Below, piece by piece: positions 30,642 to 41,800 of a DNA stretch of 64,000 nucleotides (position 1 is its first letter; each line of letters begins with the position of its first letter). The DNA is from Armatimonadota bacterium (GTDB lineage: Bacteria; Armatimonadota; SYMT01), in NCBI GenBank assembly GCA_041690135.1, contig JAWLHY010000001.1:256001-320000 (forward strand). The letters run 5' to 3'. A program made the position numbers and the translations under genes. The notes under the pieces are model-generated. The model worked only from the letters and a program-made list of their open reading frames with translations, was not told the DNA's origin and did no database searches.

Positions 30642-30953
30642 ATGCGTCTCGACTACACCCGCCAGACCCGCTGGAGCCACGACCCCGAGGCCGTGGAGGA
30701 GGACGTCGTTCCACCCGGGAGCATCTACATCAAACAGGTGATGTGGGTCCCCTGCAACGATTGCGACCTCCAGGTCCACGCGACCCTCAGCCAGTTCTAC
30801 GGTTCCGGAGTAACCTGTCCGGAATGCGGCAAACGCCTCACGTCCCCGCGCGTGCTCGGTAACCCCGACGTGGCGGTGGCGCGCATCGTGGAAGTGGAGG
30901 AAATCCTCCGGGACAACGTGGAGCCCGGCACCCCCTTCGCCCCCGAAGAGTAG
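30642..30953 (+). CDS. Small acidic Zn-ribbon protein (paralog 2)
   Basis: CNDC-x17-CPEC; GGAG SD inside the upstream ORF; starts 1 nt after paralog 1. Confidence 0.78.
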   Translation: MRLDYTRQTRWSHDPEAVEEDVVPPGSIYIKQVMWVPCNDCDLQVHATLSQFYGSGVTCPECGKRLTSPRVLGNPDVAVARIVEVEEILRDNVEPGTPFAPEE

Positions 30954-30965
30954 AGGAACAGCGCC

Positions 30966-31979
30966 TTGGCCCGCCCCGTCCACCCCCCGGATCGCCTGCC
31001 CGCCGGCCTGTGCATTTTTGGGATGACCTATCTCTGCGGCCTCACCTGGGCCGACGGTCCCCAGGCGCATTCCCGGCCGTTGACCGCTCGCGACGTGCTC
31101 CGTCTCGCGGCCGACAGCGGCCTCTCCTACGTGGAGATGCCGCTCCGGATGCTGGAAGCCGGCGGCGAGACGCTGACCGCCCTACGCGCCGCCGCGGAGG
31201 ACCTGGGGCTGCGGTTCGTCCTCCCCGCCAGCCGGCCGGACGCGGAGGAGCTCACCCATCACCTGCGCATCGCCCGCGAGTTGGGGGCGCCGACGGTTCG
31301 CTGTACCCTCAGCGGTGTCCTATGCGGGGACCGGCGCGGGTTTCCGGGCGGCTGGAAAGCGCACCTGGAAAGCTGCGCCCGCACGCTGGAAGCCGTGGTG
31401 CCCGAAGCGGAGCGACTAGGAATCGCCATCGGCCTGGAAAACCACCAGGACGCCGACTCCGCCGACCTCCTCGCGCTGTGCCGCCGGTTCGAGAGCCGCT
31501 ACCTGGGCGTAACCCTCGACGCCGCGAACCCGCTCGCGGTGATGGAAGAGCCGCTGGAGTTCGCCCGCCGCCTCGCGCCCTATCTCCGGCACGTGCACCT
31601 GAAGGACTACCGTATCCACCCCGCCCCGAACGGCTACCGGCTCGTCCGCTGCGCGACGGGGGAGGGGGTGGTCGACTTCCCCGCCCTGCTGGAGCTTCTG
31701 GACGCCCAGGAATGGCCGGTCACCCGGAATATCGAAGTAGGAGCCCTGCAGGCCCGCCAGATCCCGATCCTGGAGCCCTCCTGGTGGGCGGAGTACGACA
31801 ACCGTACCCTTACCGGCTCCCTGCCCGCCCTGAGTCTCATCTGGAACCACCTCCGCCCCGCGGACGAAGAGTGGCGCACCCCCTTCGAGCGCGACGCCCC
31901 CGGCGAAGAACTGGCTGCGTACGAATGGCGGCAGTTCCACAGCAGCCTGGAGTATTTGCGGAGAATCCACAGCACCTGA
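30966..31979 (+). CDS. Sugar phosphate isomerase/epimerase (xylose isomerase-like TIM barrel)
   Basis: GLENHQD, LDAAN, HVHLKDY, GEGVVDF. Confidence 0.85.
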   Translation: MARPVHPPDRLPAGLCIFGMTYLCGLTWADGPQAHSRPLTARDVLRLAADSGLSYVEMPLRMLEAGGETLTALRAAAEDLGLRFVLPASRPDAEELTHHLRIARELGAPTVRCTLSGVLCGDRRGFPGGWKAHLESCARTLEAVVPEAERLGIAIGLENHQDADSADLLALCRRFESRYLGVTLDAANPLAVMEEPLEFARRLAPYLRHVHLKDYRIHPAPNGYRLVRCATGEGVVDFPALLELLDAQEWPVTRNIEVGALQARQIPILEPSWWAEYDNRTLTGSLPALSLIWNHLRPADEEWRTPFERDAPGEELAAYEWRQFHSSLEYLRRIHST

Positions 31980-32176
31980 CAACCGTGTGATTCCGAGCCC
32001 ATCCCTTACGCAATAAGCATCACCCGCACGTCCGAGCTCGCATCACTGTCCACGCAGCCGTCTCGAACGTCAGCTCACGCATCACGCATTACCATCACGC
32101 TCTCCCTTGTCCGAGGCGGCAGTCGTGCTTCTCGCCTTCCGAGGCACGACCCAAATGCAATTAAGGAGCCCAGCAC

Positions 32177-33028
32177 TTGCAACTCGTCATGTTCTCCAAG
32201 CACCTGGGCTCCCTCTCCGTGGCGGAGGCGGGCCGGGTGGTCCAGGGTCTCGGCTTCCAGGGGGTGGACCTTACCGTCCGGCCCGGAGGCCACGTGCTGC
32301 CGGAGAAGGTTCGCACGGATCTCCCGGCGGCGGTCCGCACCCTGGGCGACCTCGGGCTGACCGTGCCGATGCTCACCACCGGGATCACGGGTGCCGAGGA
32401 GCCGCACGCGGAGGCGATCGTGGCGACCGCGGCCCAGCTCGGCATCCGTAATCTGAAGCTGGGGTACTGGCGCTACCAGCCGTTCGGGCAGCTCCAGGCG
32501 CAGCTCGACCGGGCGCGGAAGCTGATGGACGGCCTGGAGACCCTGGCGCGCAAGCACGACGTCCGCGCCTGCATCCACATCCACTCCGGCAACTACCTCA
32601 GCGCGGAGGCGGGGAACATCTACCTGCTGCTGAAGGACCGTGACCCGCACCATGTCGGCGCTTATCTCGACCCCGGACACATGACCCTCGAAGGCGGCGC
32701 CGGTGGATGGATGCAGGGAATCGACCTCCTGCAGGGGTACATCTCCATGGTCGCCGTGAAGAGCTTCGGGCACTTTCCGGAGAAGAACCCGGAGACCGGC
32801 GAGGTCACCTGGAAGCACCTGTTGGTCCCGCTGAAGGAAGGGATCGTCCGCTGGCGCGAGGTGTTCGCGTGCCTCAAACAGGCTGGCTGGGACGGCGTGG
32901 TGACCTTCCATTCGGAGTACCAGGGGTCGCATAGCTGGAAGGACCTTTCCGTCGAGGAGCTCATCGCCCAGACACGCGAGGACCTGGCCTACCTCCGTCC
33001 CATCATTCGCGGCGCCGGATACGTGTAG
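32177..33028 (+). CDS. Sugar phosphate isomerase/epimerase family protein
   Basis: TAAGGAG SD; FSKHL, GFQGVDLTVRPGGHV, DPGH, PLKEGIV.W, HSEY. Confidence 0.87.
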   Translation: MQLVMFSKHLGSLSVAEAGRVVQGLGFQGVDLTVRPGGHVLPEKVRTDLPAAVRTLGDLGLTVPMLTTGITGAEEPHAEAIVATAAQLGIRNLKLGYWRYQPFGQLQAQLDRARKLMDGLETLARKHDVRACIHIHSGNYLSAEAGNIYLLLKDRDPHHVGAYLDPGHMTLEGGAGGWMQGIDLLQGYISMVAVKSFGHFPEKNPETGEVTWKHLLVPLKEGIVRWREVFACLKQAGWDGVVTFHSEYQGSHSWKDLSVEELIAQTREDLAYLRPIIRGAGYV

Positions 33029-33925
33029 ATGAGCGCCGCGCCCGAATCGCCGCTTGCGCCCGGAGCCTTCGACCCCGAGACGAACCGCTGGCGACCGCTC
33101 CACCGCCGAACGCCCGCCGACCTCACCCTGTCACGCCTGACCGTGGTCACGTTCAACGTCTGGTTCGCGGAGTTCGAGTTCCGCCGCCGCACCACGGCGC
33201 TGCTCCGCATTCTTCGGGAGTGCGACGCCGAGGTGATCGCGCTGCAGGAGGTCACGCCCCGGCTGCTGGCGGTTCTGCTGCAAACTCCCTGGATCCGTTC
33301 GCGCTATGCCCTTTCCGATATCTTCGGAGCGAGCGTGGAGCCCTACGGAGTGCTGCTTCTCAGCCGCCTACCCATCCACGAGTGGCGCTTCCACCCACTG
33401 CCGACGAACATGGACCGGTCGTTGCTCACGGCCACCGCCCATGTAAACGGCGCCCACTTCACCTTTGCCGCCGTCCATCTGGAGAGCCTCCGGGCCTCCG
33501 CGCCGGTCCGCGCGGCACAGCTCTCCCGAATCTTCTCCCTCCTCAAGCCCAACGCCCACCAGGTGCTGATGGGGGACTTCAACTTCTGCGCCGCGTGGGG
33601 AGCGGAAAACGACCGGCTCGCCCCCGCCTATCTGGATCTCTGGCCGGCGGTAAACCCCCACAGCCCGGGTTATACCGAGGACCCCGAAGCGAACCCCATG
33701 CCGCGCGAGTATGCCGGCGTCCTGCCGCCCGTCCGCTTCGACCGGGTCCTGCTCCGGTCGGAACCACCGGGATGGGCGCCGGAGTCCATGCGCCTCCTCG
33801 GCACCGAGCCGGTGGACCCGGAGCACCCGCAGGTCTATCCTTCCGACCACTTCGGGCTCGCAGCAACCCTCCTTTGGGAAGGGGAAGTATCCTCTGATGC
33901 TGCCAACAGGCTGATGATCACGTAA
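33029..33925 (+). CDS. Endonuclease/exonuclease/phosphatase (TDP2-like)
   Basis: TFNVW, ALQEV, HLES, GDFN, RFDRV, SDHFG. Confidence 0.9.
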   Translation: MSAAPESPLAPGAFDPETNRWRPLHRRTPADLTLSRLTVVTFNVWFAEFEFRRRTTALLRILRECDAEVIALQEVTPRLLAVLLQTPWIRSRYALSDIFGASVEPYGVLLLSRLPIHEWRFHPLPTNMDRSLLTATAHVNGAHFTFAAVHLESLRASAPVRAAQLSRIFSLLKPNAHQVLMGDFNFCAAWGAENDRLAPAYLDLWPAVNPHSPGYTEDPEANPMPREYAGVLPPVRFDRVLLRSEPPGWAPESMRLLGTEPVDPEHPQVYPSDHFGLAATLLWEGEVSSDAANRLMIT

Positions 33926-34234
33926 GCTTTGTTCGCCAGCAACCGCCCTGATTGCAGCAGGCGAAACTCATGGTTTATGGAAATGCATGAGTTCATGCAC
34001 CGGTGTAGGGCGGATTCTCCGTCACCGCCTGGTCTTGGGATTGCACCTGCTGTGCCAGGCGGGGGTCGGCTCGCACCAGCCGAATGTGAACCTGCGGAGA
34101 GTTTGACGCACCGACGAACAACATTCGTGGGGAACTCACTCTCCCGGCAAGACGGCAACAAGCTGGCTCACCCCCGGTCGACTAGCCTGGCGTCACAGGC
34201 TCTGGAATGGCAGGCGCTTTCGGGAGGGAAGGCA

Positions 34235-34489
34235 ATGCGATCCCATTGCCGCACGGTTCTCGCTCTTTGCTGCACGCTGGCGCTAATCACCACTGCGACA
34301 CTGCCGCAGTTGCAGACCGGCGACCTGACCTACTCCGCGGAGATCGCCGGACGACTGGAGCGCAGCTACGGCCCGAACTTCACCGCTGTGCTGGATCTTC
34401 AGGGCCGGTGCGGCCCCGAGCCCCTTTCCGCCAATCTGCGGATCCCCGTGCCGAACCTCCGCGAGGGTCTTACGATTACCCGCCACTGA
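34235..34489 (+). CDS. Putative small secreted protein (84 aa)
   Basis: GGAGG upstream; N-terminal hydrophobic segment; no recognised family. Confidence 0.45.
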   Translation: MRSHCRTVLALCCTLALITTATLPQLQTGDLTYSAEIAGRLERSYGPNFTAVLDLQGRCGPEPLSANLRIPVPNLREGLTITRH

Positions 34490-34637
34490 AGGAAAAGCCT
34501 CGCATTCATCCGTCCCAACCAGGTTTTGGGGAGGAGGGTCCTGGGAACGGTGACGTAGCGGCGTATTCCGGCGCAGGCCCGCGGTCGTCTCCGGATCACG
34601 TCGCCCGGGCAACGGATGGGGGATTGCGAGAGGCACC

Positions 34638-35663
34638 ATGGAAAGCACCCGATTTGAGCCGGCGGAGCCGGCAAGCAGCACCGGAAGTGAGATCAACTTG
34701 AGCCGCACCACCGGGGCGTTACCCCGCGCGCGGCCGGAAGAGTACGCTGCGAAGAACAACGCCACCGACGGCGGAGGTCGTCAACTGGCGGAAGCCCTGG
34801 GCTGGTTTAGCCTGGGGCTCGGCATCGCCAGTATCGCGGCCCCCGGGGCGGTCGCCCGTCTCATCGGCGTACGGGACGAAGAGTCGAACCGCAACCTCCT
34901 GCGGTTCGTCGGCCTGCGCGAGATCGCGAGCGGTATCGGTATCCTCGCTCAACCGGCCGCACCAGGCGGGGTGTGGTCGCGGGTGGTGGGGGACGTCATG
35001 GACCTCACCCTGCTGGGCTCGGCGCTAGGATCGGAACAGTCCAATCGGGGCCGCGTGGCGGCGACCACGGCGATGGTGGCCGGGGTGGCGGCCGTGGACC
35101 TGATGGCCGGGAAGAAACTGGCCGCGAGCGAAGGCGAAGACCGCTGCATCACGCTCGTCAAGGTCACCACCATCAACCGGTCGGCCGAAGAGCTGTACGG
35201 CTTCTGGCGGGACTTCCGCAACCTGCCTCGCTTCATGAACCACCTGGAGTCGGTGGAGATCCTCGACGACCGTCGGTCGCGCTGGCAGACCAAGGGCCCG
35301 GCGGGTCGCTCGGTGGCGTGGACCGCGGAGGTCGTGGACGACCGGCCCAACCAGTTCATCTCCTGGCGGTCGTTGCCGGGATCGGATGTCGAGACTTCCG
35401 GGTGGGTCCGCTTCGACCCGGCACCGGGTGATCGGGGCACGGAAGTCCGCGTGGAGCTACGCTACCTTCCACCCGCGGGAATGCTCGGAGCGACGATTGC
35501 GCGGCTCTTCGGGCGGGAGCCGGGGCAGGAGTTGAAGGAAGACCTCCGCACCTTCAAGCAGGTGATGGAGACCGGCGAACTGGTGCGCTCCGGCGCAAGC
35601 CTGCATGGCGCCACGTTCCCGCAGCAGCCGGCCCAGCCTCCGGAAATGCGGATGGCCGCCTGA
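34638..35663 (+). CDS. SRPBCC (polyketide cyclase-like) protein with an N-terminal membrane domain
   Basis: [46 protein letters not shown]. Confidence 0.9.
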   Translation: MESTRFEPAEPASSTGSEINLSRTTGALPRARPEEYAAKNNATDGGGRQLAEALGWFSLGLGIASIAAPGAVARLIGVRDEESNRNLLRFVGLREIASGIGILAQPAAPGGVWSRVVGDVMDLTLLGSALGSEQSNRGRVAATTAMVAGVAAVDLMAGKKLAASEGEDRCITLVKVTTINRSAEELYGFWRDFRNLPRFMNHLESVEILDDRRSRWQTKGPAGRSVAWTAEVVDDRPNQFISWRSLPGSDVETSGWVRFDPAPGDRGTEVRVELRYLPPAGMLGATIARLFGREPGQELKEDLRTFKQVMETGELVRSGASLHGATFPQQPAQPPEMRMAA

Positions 35664-35742
35664 CACCGGATCGCGTCGCATCCCTACCCTGGGGCGGCGC
35701 CTTACCTTCAGAATTGAACCCACGGAAGAACGAGAGAGTGCT

Positions 35743-36912
35743 ATGAAAGCGGCATGCTGGATGAGTCGGAACCAGGTGAGCGTGGAGGAGGTACCGGACC
35801 CCCAGATCCTCAATCCGCGCGACGCCATCGTCAGGATCACCTCCACGGCGATCTGCGGCTCCGACCTGCACCTGTACGACGGCTTCATTCCGTCGATGCA
35901 GAAGGGCGATATTCTCGGCCATGAGTTCATGGGCGAGGTCGTCGAACTTGGGAGCGACGTCAAGAACCTCCAGGTGGGCGATCGGGTGGCTGTCCCGTTT
36001 CCCATCTCCTGTGGAAACTGCTGGCAGTGCCAGAAGGGCATGTTCACCCTCTGCGAGAACTCGAACCCCAACGCCTGGATGGCCGAGAAGATGTGGGGCT
36101 ACTCGCCCTGCGGCATCTTCGGCTACTCCCACATGCTGGGCGGGTACGCCGGAGGTCAGGCGGAATACGCGCGGGTGCCGTTCGCGGACGTCGGCCCGCT
36201 CAAGATCCCGGAAGAGTTGACCGACGAGCAGGTCCTGTTCCTCACCGATATCCTGCCCACGGGTTACATGGCGGCGGACAACTGCGGCATCCAGCCGGGC
36301 GACATCGTGGCCATATGGGGCTGTGGACCGGTGGGCCAGTTCGCCGTCAAGAGCGCCTTCCTGCTCGGGGCGGAGCGGGTGATCGCCATCGACCGTTTCC
36401 CGAACCGCCTCCAGATGGCGCGGGAGTTCGGCGGCGCCGAAACGCTCAATTATGAGGAAGTGGACGTCCTGGAAGCGCTGCGCGAAATGACCGGCGGCCG
36501 GGGCCCGGACGCGTGCATCGACGCCGTCGGTATGGAAGCGCACACGCCCGGCCCCGAGTACTGGTATGACCGGACGAAGCAGGCGATGCGTCTGGAGACG
36601 GATCGTCCTTTCGCTCTCCGCCAGGCGATCCACGCGTGCCGGAACGGCGGCACCGTCTCGATCATCGGGGTGTACGGGGGCTTTATCGACAAGTTCCCCA
36701 TCGGCTCCGTGATGAACCGATCCCTCACCATCCGCACCGGCCAGGCGCACGTGCAGCGCTACATGCGGCCGCTGCTCGAACGCATTCAGAAGGGGGAAGT
36801 CGATCCGAGTCGCATCATCACGCACCAGATGCGCCTGGAAGACGCCCCCCAGGCCTACGATCTGTTCGCCAATCACCACGAGGAGTGCGTCAAGATCGTG
36901 CTCAAACCCTAG
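35743..36912 (+). CDS. Zn-dependent alcohol/formaldehyde dehydrogenase
   Basis: ICGSDLH, GHEFMG, CGNCWQC...C, GCGPVG. Commonly paired with SRPBCC genes. Confidence 0.92.
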   Translation: MKAACWMSRNQVSVEEVPDPQILNPRDAIVRITSTAICGSDLHLYDGFIPSMQKGDILGHEFMGEVVELGSDVKNLQVGDRVAVPFPISCGNCWQCQKGMFTLCENSNPNAWMAEKMWGYSPCGIFGYSHMLGGYAGGQAEYARVPFADVGPLKIPEELTDEQVLFLTDILPTGYMAADNCGIQPGDIVAIWGCGPVGQFAVKSAFLLGAERVIAIDRFPNRLQMAREFGGAETLNYEEVDVLEALREMTGGRGPDACIDAVGMEAHTPGPEYWYDRTKQAMRLETDRPFALRQAIHACRNGGTVSIIGVYGGFIDKFPIGSVMNRSLTIRTGQAHVQRYMRPLLERIQKGEVDPSRIITHQMRLEDAPQAYDLFANHHEECVKIVLKP

Positions 36913-36930
36913 GAAGAAAGAACGGTCCCA

Positions 36931-36975
36931 CAAAGAGAAGCGGCGGGCACCCATGGCACCCGCCGCTTCTCTTTG
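36931..36975. terminator. Bidirectional terminator between convergent genes
   Basis: CAAAGAGAAGCGGCGGG...CCCGCCGCTTCTCTTTG. Confidence 0.85.
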
Positions 36976-36998
36976 AATATCGAATACGCGACCACGGA

Positions 36999-37694
36999 TC
37001 AGTCGCTCTGCACGCTCCACATGGAATTCCGGCTGGAGCCCGCCTTGAGCCACTTGGTATGGCCGTCGACGAACGCCGCGTTGAAACCGTCGCTGTGGCG
37101 GCGATACCCGGCCGTCGCGGTAGGCACGTAGTCCAGGTTGTTCTCGTTCCAGATCTCCGAGGAGTTGCTATCCAGCAGCCAGATGGTTCCTGAAGGATCT
37201 TCGATCTCGGATTCGGAGATCGACTGCCCCGGCGTACCTGGGCGCCGGAGACCGAACTTAGAGGCGGCGGACCAACCGGAAACGCCCCAGCTTTCGAGAG
37301 TGTTGACGGCGTAGCTCATTGCCTTCACGCCGTTTGACCAGTTGTTCACCGGGTTCGAGCAGTTCTGTGTCCACTTGCGGGATGGGCAGACGGCGATGGC
37401 GCGGTTCTTCACATAGGGCTGAAGCAGGTCATCCCACCAGTCGAGGTTGGCGCACGCGGGCGAAGCGGACTGGTACTTGTACGGGGGCGTAAACAGCCCG
37501 TCGTAGTCCTGGGTGTACATCTGCCCGGCCGTGCCCCACTGCTTCAGGTTGCTGAGACAGGAGCTCTGGCGGGCCTTCTCTCGTGCCTGGGCGAACACTG
37601 GGAAAAGAATGGCGGCGAGGATGGCTATGATGGCGATGACAACGAGCAGTTCGATGAGGGTGAAACCCTTCGCACGTGGGTATCTGCGGACCAT
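36999..37694 (-). CDS. Prepilin-type N-terminal cleavage/methylation protein (DUF1559, H-X9-DG)
   Basis: [33 protein letters not shown]...SNLKQ; C-terminal [12 protein letters not shown]. Confidence 0.93.
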   Translation of the reverse strand: MVRRYPRAKGFTLIELLVVIAIIAILAAILFPVFAQAREKARQSSCLSNLKQWGTAGQMYTQDYDGLFTPPYKYQSASPACANLDWWDDLLQPYVKNRAIAVCPSRKWTQNCSNPVNNWSNGVKAMSYAVNTLESWGVSGWSAASKFGLRRPGTPGQSISESEIEDPSGTIWLLDSNSSEIWNENNLDYVPTATAGYRRHSDGFNAAFVDGHTKWLKAGSSRNSMWSVQSD

Positions 37695-37945
37695 ATTGGC
37701 TCCTTCCGGATCGGGGGTACAGCCCCTATCCGGACAATGATATAGCCATCCTGCTCACCGCACTTAGAGAATCCTGATTGTTCGTTCATAGATGACTGAT
37801 GGTCAAAATCTTGCGACTCTGTGGCAGGCGGTCCATCCGCGCGATGACGGAGAAGTCGTAGGGCGAACGATGAGCACCGGAAGGAGCGCCTGATGGCACA
37901 CCTTCCGGTCCCCATACCACTATCCTGTTTATCGTGGGCCAGTCA

Positions 37946-38179
37946 CTAGGGGCTCATCGCGCGGCGGCGCTCCGGGGCGCCCACCTTACTCAGGCTGTAG
38001 ATGCACCAGATACCCGAAAGGCCTACCAACGTGTAAACGATCCGCGACAGGATCGAGTCCACACCGCCGAAGAGCGCGGCCACCAGGTCGAACTGGAAGA
38101 GCCCAACGAGCAGCCAGTTCAACGCGCCAATAATGACGAGCGTGAAAGCCGTCCAGTCGATGCCGTTAAAACGGTCCAT
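37946..38179 (-). CDS. DUF378 small membrane protein
   Basis: LVIIGALNW.LVGLF.FDLVAALFG...SRIVY.LVGLSG; AGAGGGAG SD. Confidence 0.9.
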   Translation of the reverse strand: MDRFNGIDWTAFTLVIIGALNWLLVGLFQFDLVAALFGGVDSILSRIVYTLVGLSGIWCIYSLSKVGAPERRRAMSP

Positions 38180-38337
38180 CCTTCACTCCCTCTCTTAACG
38201 TGCCGGTGCCTCCGATCCTCTTCGCACCGGTCTGCCACGAGCTTTCCCAATCCGGGCCGGACCTAATCGTGCCCAACATTCGGGCATGGGACGTGCGCTC
38301 CCGCCGACGATAGACTCTGTTGGGCCTTCGGCCGATT

Positions 38338-38478
38338 GGGATAAGGATGAGGATAAGGATAAGGAAAAAGAATTCCGCTCCAGGACAGGCTCCCTGACCA
38401 GGGGGCGAGATGGATTAGGATCAGGATAACGATCAGGAAAGGAGTCCCGGGTAATGACGAGTGCCCTGACCAGGGGGC
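38338..38478 (+). repeat. GGATAA/GGATCA hexamer tracts with two CCCTGACCAGGGGGC copies
   Basis: Read directly; the AGATGGATTAGGAT unit recurs at 44563-44610. Confidence 0.75.
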
Positions 38479-38641
38479 TTGCCGCGTCGCTTACAGGAAC
38501 ATGGCAGGACTGATGTGCTTCGACCAGAGGCTCATCTGGTCTGTGAAGTTGCAGCAGATTCATCGCTCCTCGCAATGACGATTGTAGGCGGCGCCTATCC
38601 GCCCAAACTTTCAGAGTTTGCCACCGGGAGGTCATTCAGCG

Positions 38642-38840
38642 CCTGAACACCCGAACACCCGAACACCCGAATACCTGACCGCCTGACCGCCTGACTGCCT
38701 GATCGCCTGACTGCCTTTCCCCATCTTTCCAATCTGCGCCATCTGTGGACTCTACCTGACCACCCGAACACCTGACCACCCGAACACCTGACCACCCGAA
38801 CACCTGACCACCCGAACACCTGACCACCCGAACACCTGAC
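38642..38840 (+). repeat. Octamer tracts plus five perfect 16-bp units CCTGACCACCCGAACA ending 3 nt before the smc GTG
   Basis: Units at 38755, 38771, 38787, 38803 and 38819, plus a partial CCTGAC. Confidence 0.92.
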
Positions 38841-38843
38841 CCC

Positions 38844-41800
38844 GTGTACCTCAAGAACCTCCACATCCACGGTTTCAAGACCTTCGCCGAGAAGACGCAG
38901 ATCGTCTTCAACCCGGGGATCACCTGCATCGTCGGGCCGAACGGCTCCGGCAAGAGCAACATCACCGACGCGGTGCTGTGGGTGCTGGGCGAGAACAACG
39001 TCCGCGAGCTCCGGGGGACCACCTCGCAGGACGTCATCTTCGCGGGGAACGATCGGCGGCGCCCGCTGGGCATGGCGGAGGTCTCGCTGACGATCGACAA
39101 CAGCGAGCGCATCCTGCCCCTCGATTTCTCCGAAATCACGGTGACACGGCGCCTTTACCGGTCGGGGGAGAGCGAGTGCCGGATCAATAATGTCGCCTGC
39201 CGCTTGAGGGACATTTACGAGCTCTTCCTCGATACCGGCGTGGGTCGCGACGGGTACTCGCAGATCGGGCAGGGCGAGATCGACCAGATTCTCAGCGTCC
39301 GCTCGGAGGACCGCCGCGCCATCTTCGAGGAGGCCGCCGGCATCAAGAAATACCGGGTCCGCAAGCGTGAAGCGGAGCGCAAGCTGGAGAATACCCAGCA
39401 GAACCTGGTGCGGGTTCACGACATCATCGGCGAGATCGAGGGGCAACTGGGTCCCCTGCAGCGCCAGGCCAACGCCGCCCGCCGGTACCGGGAGCTGGCG
39501 AGCCGGCTCCGCCTGCTGGAGCACGCCTGGTACGGCTCGAAGCTGACTCGCCTCACGGCCGAGCGCGAGCAGCTCACGAAGCTGGTGGCGGAGTTGACGG
39601 AAGAACGGAAGCGCCTGGAAGCGGAGCTGGCCACGGCCCAGGCGGATGAGAAGGCGGTTCGGAAGTCCCAGGAGCAGCTCGACCAGCAAGTAGAGGCGCA
39701 GCGGCAGCACGAAACGGGCGCTCTCCAGCGGATCGCCGCCGCCGAAACGGAGAAGGCGCGCGCCGAGGAACGTTCGGGCGAAGTGCAGCGCCGCCTGAAG
39801 GCGCTGGCGAACGAACTGGAAGACCTGGCTCGCCGCATCGAGGAGCAGGTCCGCCGTGCCGAGGAGATCAACCGGGAGGAGATCCAGCTCAAACGGGACG
39901 TGGACGGCCTCCGGGGAGAGCTATCGTCCGCCCAACTCCGGTCGCAGGAGGCCGCGAAGGTGCATCAGCAGACGGCCGCGGAACTGGAGCGGCGACGCCA
40001 GGCCTGGCTGGCCCGCGCGCGCCGGGAAGCCGAGCTGGAGGCGCGAGTACAGTCCGTTACGGCGCGGGTGCAAGGGTTGGAGCAGCAGCGCAAGCGCGCC
40101 GCGGAAGCTCTGGAAGACGGCGAAGCGGAACAGCAGCGGCTGCATGCCGAGCGGGAGAGCTTCCTGGGGGCCGCCGGCCAGCAGCGAGAGCGCGCCCAGG
40201 CGCTCCAGGCGGAGCTGGATGCAACACGCGCGGATTCGCGGAAATCGGAAGAAGCAACCGCGACGGCCCGGTCGGCGCTGGACGGCGCCACCCGCGCGCT
40301 GCAGACCCACCGCGCCCGGCTGCAGGCGCTTAGCGAGTTGGGCGAGCGCGGTGAAGGGGCGGCCGCGGGCGCCCGGAAGCTGCTGGAAGCGGCCCGCCGT
40401 GGCCACGTTAAGGGTAAGTTCTCCCTCCTGGTGGAAGGGTTCTCGGTTCCCGCCGGCACGGAAAAGGCCGTGGAGGCTGCCCTGGGCGTCTACGGCGACG
40501 CCCTTCTGTGCGACAGCCCCGAGTACGCCCTGAACGCCCTCCGCTGGCTCAAGAACCAGAAGGCCACCGCCCTCATCTTGCCGGAACTGCCTTCCGCTGC
40601 GGCAAAGCCCCTCTCCGGCTCCATTGGCGAGGCGGTTGGTTCTGGAGAGGACAGCGACGGCCCCCATGCTCCCAGCTCCCCGGCACCCTTGCTTGCGGAA
40701 TCGGGAGCGGCGGTGGCGTGGGCTCGGCACTTGTTGGCCGGCACCTTTCTCGTCGAATCCCTCGACCAACCTGTCAACCAGCCAACTTCCCAACTTCCCC
40801 AACCCGAACCCAATCCACGCCAAACCGCACCAGCCACTGACACCCAGCAACCTGCCAACCTTCCAACTTTCCAACCTTCCAACCCTGATCCGGATCTCGG
40901 CCAACCCATATCCCGCCTTTGGGTTACCCGGACCGGGGAGTGGCGGTCCGAGCAGGGCGCGCTGAGCGGCGGCCCGATGGGGGCGGAAGGGTCCGCGGGG
41001 GCGGCGCTGGCGCGGCGGCGAGAACTCGACCGGCTGACGCAAGAACTCCCCGCGCTCGAGGCCGCGGTGGAAGAGGCCCGGGAGCGGGTCCGGAAGGCGG
41101 AGACCGAGGCGAAGCGGCTCCAGAGCGCCCTGCGGGAGAAGCAATCGCAGTCCGACGCAGCCCGGCTGGAACACCAGGCGCAGCTTCGCGAGGCCGACCG
41201 GCGCAAGGCCGATGTGGAGCGGGCGGGGCACCGGGTCGAGCGCCTGAAGCAAGATCTGGCTCGCGCCGAGCGGGAGTACACCGCGGCCCAGGAGTCGCTG
41301 CGGCAGGCGGAGGTGGAGAAGGAACGCCTCGCGCGGGGAGAGGGCGAGGCGGCTGCGGGTGATGTGGACGAGGCGGCCATTCGTGCCGGGCAGGAGCGCG
41401 TGGCCCAGCTCGAAACGGAACGCCGGGCGGCGGATACCGCGGTGGCCGATCTGCGGGTGCGGGTGGCCCAGCAGGAGCAGCGCCTCCAGGGGGTGATTGC
41501 GGCGGGACGGCGCGCGGCGGAGGCGGGCGTCTTCCTCGACCGCCAGCGTGCGGACCGCCTGAAGGAACAACGCACCCTGATCGCGGAAGGGGAGCAGCGT
41601 ACCCTCACGTTCGCGACGCTGGCCCAGGAGGTCGCGGAAGCCCAGGCCCAGCGGGATGAGGCGCGCGCCACCCTGGGACGCCTGGCCGAGGAGCGCCAGA
41701 AGCTGAACGCGGAACTGGAGCGCGCCCGCGCGCGCGGGGCGGACCTCCAGGCCCGCCTGCGGGAGCTCATGGAGCGCTCGCACCGGGTCGAAGTGGAGCT

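Noticed and set aside
38195-38635. 146-aa minus-strand ORF
   Set aside because: Runs through hexamer repeats (SLSLSSSLS) and has non-coding composition.
38642-38840. CRISPR array
   Set aside because: Units are contiguous 8/16-mers with no unique spacers, and there are no cas genes.
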